A DNA stretch of 64,000 bases from Patescibacteria group bacterium (lineage in GTDB: Bacteria; Patescibacteriota; Microgenomatia; Levybacterales; UBA12049), in NCBI GenBank assembly GCA_026004395.1, contig BPJB01000001.1, forward strand, positions 713,226 through 777,225. The letters are read 5' to 3'. Position numbers and translations under genes: made by a program. Below, one piece after another: positions 58,236 to 64,000 of this stretch. Position 1 is the first letter of the stretch; each line of letters begins with the position of its first letter. The notes below the pieces were generated by a model, which was not told where the DNA came from, did no database searches, and saw nothing but the letters and a program-made list of their open reading frames with translations.

Positions 58236-58931
58236 ATGAATAGCTTCACAAAAAAAATTTATGGAGAGAAAAATTCTAGAATATTAATCGTGTTTAGCTC
58301 ATGGCCAATAAAATCTTGGTATCTTTGGTTTTTAGGCAAATTACTTGCTGCTCATAATTTCAAAGTAATCATATATTCACTCGATAGACATATTTTTCAA
58401 CCCGATCCAATTCTAATCGCCAACCCATATGCACTCATTAAAAAAGATGCTATCAATTCAATAAAATCTTTCCCAAAACGTCAACAAAATAACATTAGCG
58501 TATTAGGAATCTCTTTAGGATCTCCATTAGCATTTATATTAGCTAATGAGCTTCACTCTGTATCAAAAATCATTGCCAATCTCTCAGGAGCAGACATGGC
58601 TCAGATAGTCTGGAGCTGGGATAATATATTGAATGGTTTTAAAAATAAACTGAGAAGAAAAAGATGGACTCTTAAAAAATTGCAAAACATCTGGTTTGAT
58701 CTCTCACCTATTAACAATCTGGATAAACTTCGAGGGAAAAAAATACTGCTCTATGCAGCTGAAAAAGATGAACTTATTCCTTTTACTCAAGCTAGGGAAT
58801 TGATTCAGGCACTGGATGAGAGAAGCATTAAGTATCAAACTGTAGTCAATATTCGCCATAATCATGTTGTTAGCTGCCTAATCAATATTCTTAAATTTAA
58901 TACTTACCTGCGCTTTCTCAATTCAAAATAA
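58236..58931 (+). CDS. Alpha/beta-hydrolase-fold-like hypothetical protein
   Basis: Putative nucleophile elbow G-I-S-L-G (VLGISLGSPLAF). No further motif was recognised. Confidence 0.35.
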   Translation: MNSFTKKIYGEKNSRILIVFSSWPIKSWYLWFLGKLLAAHNFKVIIYSLDRHIFQPDPILIANPYALIKKDAINSIKSFPKRQQNNISVLGISLGSPLAFILANELHSVSKIIANLSGADMAQIVWSWDNILNGFKNKLRRKRWTLKKLQNIWFDLSPINNLDKLRGKKILLYAAEKDELIPFTQARELIQALDERSIKYQTVVNIRHNHVVSCLINILKFNTYLRFLNSK

Positions 58932-58935
58932 CAGA

Positions 58936-60018
58936 TCATTGCGTTATCAAAGAAAGTGCATCTTTGGCTCTCTGAAAATTCTTGTTGTAATAGATTGCTT
59001 TTTCAAACTCCAAACGTGCGTCATCAGTCCTACCTTGCTCACTTAAAATCTGACCACGTATGAAATACAATTCCGAATATGCAAGATTGCCGCTTTGTAG
59101 AATAGAATCTATTAAATTAAAGACTATCTCATATCGCTTTAGCTTTTGGTAAGCCAAAATGGGTTCTAGTTGATACCAGAGCATGCGCGTTGGAAGATAC
59201 TTTTGCGATTTCTCATAATAGTCAATCGCAATTTTGTAATTGCCTAAATAGTAATTAGCTATAGAGATGTTAAACAGAGCATAACCATCGTAAGGATTTT
59301 TCTTATGTTCTGCTCTAGCACGCATTTCTGCATTATGCCATGCTTTTTGTTCATTGATATTCTGACCTAATATTGCTCTGACCGTTGCCTCTTTTTCTCT
59401 AGGATAAACCAAGATATATCCATAATTGAACGGTTTCCACATTTGAAGAAATGTTTCATAGTAGTATTCAAGATTGGGACCTTCATAGGAATCATCTTGA
59501 ATTATGACACGCTTTTTGTCATCATAACCTCTAACAATACGGAAATGTCCTATATCTTCATTCGGATGAAGCCATGTCCTAACTACAACAGGAATATCAT
59601 TGGCAATAAACTTTTTAAGAAGATCAATTGAACCATTTGGACGATGGAGTGAACTCATTCCATACTCTTTGGCATACTTCACGAACTCATCAGGGAAGAT
59701 AGATTTATCATCTACTCCGCCAAAGGGATTATTGAAGGGTCGCATCTTATCAGCTAACTCTTGCTGAGATATCTCGCGACCAAACATGGACATAACCATT
59801 GAGAGAGTGGCGGGACCACAATTGTTAAATGTTTGAGGAACAAAGCGCGCTGGAGGAAGCAAATCCCTGATATCAGGGACGGTGGTCGCTACTTGTAGCG
59901 TTGGTGAGGGGAACAATTTGTCAGTTAGTAAAGATTGCGTATCTCCCTGTACCTTATGATGCACAATCCAAAAAGTAGTACCTAAAATCACGGTGAGTAT
60001 TCCGAGCCTATATTTCAT
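58936..60018 (-). CDS. Peptidase C39-like (C39_2) domain protein with C-terminal TPR repeats
   Basis: Signal/TM N-terminus, then QTFNNCGPATLSMVMSMFG (Cys nucleophile context of C39_2) and a downstream His (DIGHFRIV). The C-terminal ~150 aa have Tyr-rich TPR-like repeats. Confidence 0.6.
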   Translation of the reverse strand: MKYRLGILTVILGTTFWIVHHKVQGDTQSLLTDKLFPSPTLQVATTVPDIRDLLPPARFVPQTFNNCGPATLSMVMSMFGREISQQELADKMRPFNNPFGGVDDKSIFPDEFVKYAKEYGMSSLHRPNGSIDLLKKFIANDIPVVVRTWLHPNEDIGHFRIVRGYDDKKRVIIQDDSYEGPNLEYYYETFLQMWKPFNYGYILVYPREKEATVRAILGQNINEQKAWHNAEMRARAEHKKNPYDGYALFNISIANYYLGNYKIAIDYYEKSQKYLPTRMLWYQLEPILAYQKLKRYEIVFNLIDSILQSGNLAYSELYFIRGQILSEQGRTDDARLEFEKAIYYNKNFQRAKDALSLITQ

Positions 60019-60070
60019 AAGGACTCATTATAGCAGGAAAAAAGTAATAAATTGAAAGAATGAAAGAATA

Positions 60071-60367
60071 TTATTCTTCAAGATAATGCTGAGCATTCTG
60101 AGCTATGAGGTAGTTAATATATTCCGTAGCTTCTCTTCCTGTATATAAGCTATAAAGCTCTTTAATCTCCTCATCAGCCTCATCTTGAGTAGCACAGGAT
60201 GCAATCAACTTAAGATCCTCATCGGAAAATAACTGCATTGCCTCCTCTGTAAACTGATCAAATGCAGCCTCTCCAATATCCTTAAGAATATTAGAGATCT
60301 CCTGATCACTTAGACCTTTTCTAATTAAGGAAGATACTACATTTTGTAGAATCTTCTGCGAATCCAT
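60071..60367 (-). CDS. Small acidic hypothetical protein
   Basis: 98 aa, helical and strongly acidic. It ends 3 nt before the start of the upstream repeat-protein gene, so the two may be translationally coupled. Confidence 0.45.
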   Translation of the reverse strand: MDSQKILQNVVSSLIRKGLSDQEISNILKDIGEAAFDQFTEEAMQLFSDEDLKLIASCATQDEADEEIKELYSLYTGREATEYINYLIAQNAQHYLEE

Positions 60368-60370
60368 AGA

Positions 60371-62038
60371 TTATCTCCTTAAACCAAATAATCTTTTTAA
60401 GAAACCTCCTGATTTAGAAGTCTGATTGGAAGTCTGAGCGCGTTGCTCTGTTGTAGAAGAAATTCTTGCATCGCGTCGTGCATTTTCTATAGCTTTAGCT
60501 TCTGTGTTAAGAACTGTACTTACAGCAAATCCTGCAATCCCATTATTTTCATTAACTCGCGCATCTTGGGCAACCTGACGTGGATTATTCGATTGCCACA
60601 TATTAGAAACGACATCCGCAATATTTCTCCTTTTGCTATCAATTCTCTCCCTTTCGCTATCTCTTGCAACCGGTGTTGTTGGGTGCAATCCTTCTTCCCT
60701 TACAGATTGAGATGGAGCAGCCTGAGGCAGTTGAGATGTCTCATCATCAAGTGGCGATTGTTGACCTTGTTCAAGACGTTGTGTAAGATGGGATGCAGAT
60801 ATACTGCTGAGTCGTTTTCTGAGATCTTCTTCCTCATCAGATACAGATGTTGACTCTACATTCTGTAATGGCTCCTGCGGTCCTCGATCAAGACGAGCAG
60901 TAAGATTTGACGCTGATATTTTTTGGAGAGATTTTCTCACGTCTTGTGCATTAGACTGTTGCGAATTATGATTTAGATCTTCTAAAGGTGAAAGAGGGTC
61001 AGCTGGTCCTTCTTCAAGTCTTGCTGATAAGTTTGATCTGCTTGCCTGTGCTAATTTATGCCTAATGTCAGTATCTGCTGAATACGAAACGTTACCATCT
61101 TGTTTAGAAGTAGGATGTACTTGTTCTCCTCGCACAGATATTTGTGTCACGCGATTTAGGGAGTCAGTGGTTGTATTCCTTCCCAATGTATGCATAAGAT
61201 TACGTACAGCTTGAGTTGAGGGGACTCTATTTTCTGCTGTAGAGACAGTCTGCTGCGCTTTTTCGTTTTGAGCTGTTTCTGCTTGATGAGTAGCTACTGA
61301 TTCTATCTTTTTATTTCTTGTTGCCTCAAAACGTGCGGGAGTTTCAGCATCTGCTGTTACCATAATCCACTGCCTGACTCCCTCAGGATCCACTTCTCGT
61401 AATTTCTCTCTCAAGTTATATCTCATATCCCGTATTCTCTTAAGAGAATGTTTGCTTAATTTGATCTTTACTAATGGTATCTCAGGAGTCTCAAGTTGTT
61501 GAATTTCTCTAAGGAGTAATTCAAATTCTTGTATTTTGATTAAAGCCTTATCTACTGTCCAACCATCTTTAGTTTGCGGAGCGTTAGAATCTATTAAAAA
61601 AGGATTCTTTTGTATTACTTGTTCCACTCGTTTAGTAAGTAGAGCATCTCTAAAAGATTTATTTTCTGCTGCAATACGAATTGCTAGATGAGAATGAAGA
61701 TCTTTGTGTGTTCTAAAAAATTCTTGAAAGAGTTTTTCTCTTGGTCTTCTAACTCTATTCCTATCCAACGCATCATTACCAGTTTTTCTACTCTCTATTG
61801 CAGATAGTTTATGCATGAATTCTGTATATTCATTTGTTTCGGATAAAGATAATGCATCTACTTTGCTTGAGATATCAGAAGGATGATCAAAACGAGACTT
61901 ATTATTCAGGGAAGATGCTTCCTGAGTATTGCCTACTTGTGTATCCATTCGCTTCCTACCATTATCATTCCAATTAAAAGGAAATGCTGTTTCTTGCTGT
62001 TCTCCAAGTATTTGAGGTCTCTCGTCGTTTTCGGACAT
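60371..62038 (-). CDS. Large hypothetical protein, Gln/Ser/Arg-rich with three tandem ~40-aa repeats
   Basis: 555 aa with no TM segment. Repeats at residues ~326-440 share the pattern [RK]-x-x-L-x-x-x-S-[AR]-S-[NH]-L-[ST]-[AQ]-R-L-[ED]-x-G-[PQ]-x-x-P-L. The gene is locally GC-rich. Confidence 0.55.
   Translation of the reverse strand: MSENDERPQILGEQQETAFPFNWNDNGRKRMDTQVGNTQEASSLNNKSRFDHPSDISSKVDALSLSETNEYTEFMHKLSAIESRKTGNDALDRNRVRRPREKLFQEFFRTHKDLHSHLAIRIAAENKSFRDALLTKRVEQVIQKNPFLIDSNAPQTKDGWTVDKALIKIQEFELLLREIQQLETPEIPLVKIKLSKHSLKRIRDMRYNLREKLREVDPEGVRQWIMVTADAETPARFEATRNKKIESVATHQAETAQNEKAQQTVSTAENRVPSTQAVRNLMHTLGRNTTTDSLNRVTQISVRGEQVHPTSKQDGNVSYSADTDIRHKLAQASRSNLSARLEEGPADPLSPLEDLNHNSQQSNAQDVRKSLQKISASNLTARLDRGPQEPLQNVESTSVSDEEEDLRKRLSSISASHLTQRLEQGQQSPLDDETSQLPQAAPSQSVREEGLHPTTPVARDSERERIDSKRRNIADVVSNMWQSNNPRQVAQDARVNENNGIAGFAVSTVLNTEAKAIENARRDARISSTTEQRAQTSNQTSKSGGFLKRLFGLRR
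60719..61063. repeat. Three diverged ~115-120 bp tandem repeats inside the 555-aa protein gene
   Basis: Recurring nucleotide blocks ...gatgagtcgttttctgagatcttc... / ...gagattttctcacgtcttgtgc... / ...gtttgatctgcttgcctgtgc..., each followed by an ...agtcttgc...caagacg...-type segment. They correspond to the protein repeats. Confidence 0.5.
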
Positions 62039-62281
62039 ACGACTAATATAATCATGTATTCTTTGGCAAATGTCAAGTAAGTACTTTAAATTAAGTAATT
62101 TAACGATTTTCTTAATACTAATTACAGGTAAAATTATTTCCTCGTTAAGTTAAAAAATTTATAGCTAAATAGATGGAAATGAATGCATCTTAATGATGCT
62201 AACGCATTGTAAGCAAATAGATTAAAAAAAATAGACTGAAAATTAAATAAAAGTCAATTTGATTACAATAACTAATTAACA

Positions 62282-64000
62282 TCAATGATGATGATTATTA
62301 TGGATAAGAGAATAAATCATTCGTTGTTGATATTGAACAACAATCGTTGGATACTCTTCTGAGATTTTTTCGATCTCCTTCTGATTTCTTGCAATAAGTC
62401 CTTCTTGATTTTCACGAACAATTTGTATTGCTTTTTTGAGTATTGGTTTTTTAATTAACTTCTCTACTCTATCAAGATATTCCAATACTGCATATGAGGT
62501 GAAAATACGAGCTCTTAAAAGACCGTATCTATCATTTACCAGGCTCTCATCTGTTATTCCCAGAATCCTACTTAACAATTTATACTTACTTACAAATCTC
62601 CTCAAACTAAGTAATCTTTTCCTAAAGGACACACCACTTTTTACTTTTCCTTCTTTATCCATTGCCCTTGTTCCAAACATCTCAGGATATTCAAGAGCAT
62701 CCTGCTGAAGATCTAGTTCTGATTCAAATGTATGTAATACTGTTTCTGTAAATCTGCCTTGTTCATATAGTTTGTGAAGTGTTCGACGCTCAATATCTAA
62801 TGCTTCTAGTTTTAAGCTCTGAAGAAATTCTGTAAAAGTAGAATGCTCAAGAAGATCTTTTCTATATTTAGCCTCCTGTTTCTCAAGTTCTTCATTAATG
62901 GCAGTAATTATATGTAGATCAAACTCTCGTCTAGAAAGAGCTTTCAGTCTTTTCCTCATCTCCTCTATCTCAAAAAGACTTTTTTCATCCTTAATAATTT
63001 GCACTTCGCGCGGTGGCAAATGTAATTTTAACTTCAAAAGAAGCCAGCGAATTGTAAGTCCGTTGACAAACAATGTGAAAAGAAGTGTAGCAAATGTAAA
63101 TTGCAATAAAAGTTCTCTGTACCCAAATGTTTCAGGAAGAGAGTACACTAACACAAGAGGAATTACACCTCGAAGACCACCCCAATTAAGAATATGCTGC
63201 CATTGAATTGGAAGATTCGGCTCATCTTTAAAGAATGAAAATCTATTACTAATAAATGCAGAAACATAGACAGAAATAGCTCGTGCAACCAAAACTGAAA
63301 AAACAACAATCGCAAGATTACCTATATTTCTTCCAAAAATATCAAAGTCAAGACTGAAGGATGCGAAAAAGAAGACAAGTGAAAGTGATATAAAACCAAA
63401 GTATTCCCAATATTCTTCAATAAAGTGCATCACTTGTGAAGGAATCTTCGTTCGGCCGAAATTACCTACAGTAATTCCCATCATTACTGTAGTAATAACT
63501 CCCGAAAGATGGAAGAAATGTTCAGCTGCTGCAAATGATCCAATCGCAAACCCTGTTGTTAGAGCAGTAAGAGTTACTCGTTCATTTTTTATATGAGCAA
63601 ATATATAGGATGCCGCATAACCTATAACTATTCCAACTAAAATACTTCCTAAAAACACATAAAGAAATTCCATCGTGCTATCAAAAAGACTCTCTAACTT
63701 AAATACTTGATTAGCAACGACAAACGCTGAGATTGCACGAAATGCGATCACTGCGGTAGCATCATTAAACATACTTTCTCCATCGGCAACAAGTGCAAGA
63801 CGTTTTGGAGCACCAAGAGTTTTAAATAAAGCAAGAACCGCAATAGGATCAGTTGCTGAAATGATTGCGCCAAAAAGAAGCGCTATACCAAACGGAAGAC
63901 CAATAGCTAAAGCTAAAATCAGTCCAATTACGAATATCGATAAGAGAAGTCCAAATGTTGCAAGAAAAGTAATCGTCTTAAATTGAAGCCTAAATTGATG
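62282..64000 (-). CDS. CPA1 (NhaP-type) Na+/H+ antiporter with a long cytoplasmic C-terminal domain; the 5' end lies beyond the window
   Basis: Reading the minus strand from 64000 there is no stop: ...IISATDPIAVLALFKTLGAPKRLALVADGESMFNDATAVIAFRAI, the NhaP signature. The track ORF 62282-63772 only starts at an internal Met in the same frame. The C-terminal ~250 aa form a helical cytoplasmic domain. Confidence 0.75.
   Translation of the reverse strand, partial: HQFRLQFKTITFLATFGLLLSIFVIGLILALAIGLPFGIALLFGAIISATDPIAVLALFKTLGAPKRLALVADGESMFNDATAVIAFRAISAFVVANQVFKLESLFDSTMEFLYVFLGSILVGIVIGYAASYIFAHIKNERVTLTALTTGFAIGSFAAAEHFFHLSGVITTVMMGITVGNFGRTKIPSQVMHFIEEYWEYFGFISLSLVFFFASFSLDFDIFGRNIGNLAIVVFSVLVARAISVYVSAFISNRFSFFKDEPNLPIQWQHILNWGGLRGVIPLVLVYSLPETFGYRELLLQFTFATLLFTLFVNGLTIRWLLLKLKLHLPPREVQIIKDEKSLFEIEEMRKRLKALSRREFDLHIITAINEELEKQEAKYRKDLLEHSTFTEFLQSLKLEALDIERRTLHKLYEQGRFTETVLHTFESELDLQQDALEYPEMFGTRAMDKEGKVKSGVSFRKRLLSLRRFVSKYKLLSRILGITDESLVNDRYGLLRARIFTSYAVLEYLDRVEKLIKKPILKKAIQIVRENQEGLIARNQKEIEKISEEYPTIVVQYQQRMIYSLIHNNHHH

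Noticed and set aside
1-64000. Alternative genetic code (UGA=Gly code 25 or UGA=Trp code 4) for the whole genome
   Set aside because: Long housekeeping ORFs (dnaB, hisS, ctpA, ychF) terminate cleanly under code 11 with all three stops in use. The in-frame TGA, TAA and TAG are three different codons in three accessory genes, which fits nonsense mutations rather than reassignment.
1-64000. CRISPR array, rRNA operon, transposase/IS element, prophage integrase
   Set aside because: No regular short direct-repeat array, no 16S/23S-like conserved blocks, and no DDE/serine/tyrosine recombinase signatures were seen in any frame. The R-M islet next to tRNA-Ser has no integrase or flanking direct repeat of the tRNA 3' end.

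Overview
This is a 64 kb window from a low-GC bacterial chromosome with short, densely packed genes. Inference only: the gene content and the rpsF-ssb-rpsR operon without an adjacent rplI are compatible with a reduced-genome (CPR/Patescibacteria-like) lineage. The backbone is housekeeping: efp, pepA, dnaB, pepP, hisS, rpmE, prfA, rpsF-ssb-rpsR, ychF, lepB, a class A PBP, an HtrA/CtpA protease cluster, and transporters. It is interspersed with accessory material. (1) A tRNA-Leu(CAA) at 3775-3858 and a type-II Ser-like tRNA at 47385-47469; the Ser-like tRNA reads as anticodon ACU in my hand fold. The latter is followed at once by a compact restriction cluster: an HTH C-protein, a beta-class DNA MTase, an HNH nuclease and Mrr. 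(2) A GC-rich islet at 39.95-40.85 kb holds a small Rad52-family single-strand annealing protein with a strong Shine-Dalgarno, a ~280 bp segment packed with perfect hairpins, and a DUF1508/YegP-like mini-gene. It lies downstream of a degenerate COG1926 phosphoribosyltransferase-like gene (41190-41852), a PAS histidine kinase (41959-43821) and a receiver domain (44005-44388). (3) Several accessory genes are interrupted. Three different in-frame stop codons hit a Fic gene (TGA, exactly at the conserved Gly of the G-x-F-R motif), a hybrid histidine kinase (TAA) and an AHSA1/SRPBCC gene (TAG); an L,D-transpeptidase remnant carries another in-frame TAG plus a frameshift. Single extra T residues in T7/T8 homopolymers split a KefB-like antiporter and the PBP1A gene. 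(4) Redox and metal-handling genes include two membrane-anchored type-1 copper cupredoxins, an FTR1 iron permease, a VIT1 transporter, a PQQ-type sugar dehydrogenase and a Tat-signal protein. (5) Regulatory oddities include an ECF sigma factor followed by a 522-aa protein made of repeated sigma-region-4-like HTH modules, an extremely AT-rich islet carrying an exported hypothetical, and a perfect 36-bp palindrome upstream of an orphan 427-aa protein. I found no CRISPR array, rRNA, transposase or integrase. All domain calls come from motif recognition by eye and need HMM/BLAST confirmation.
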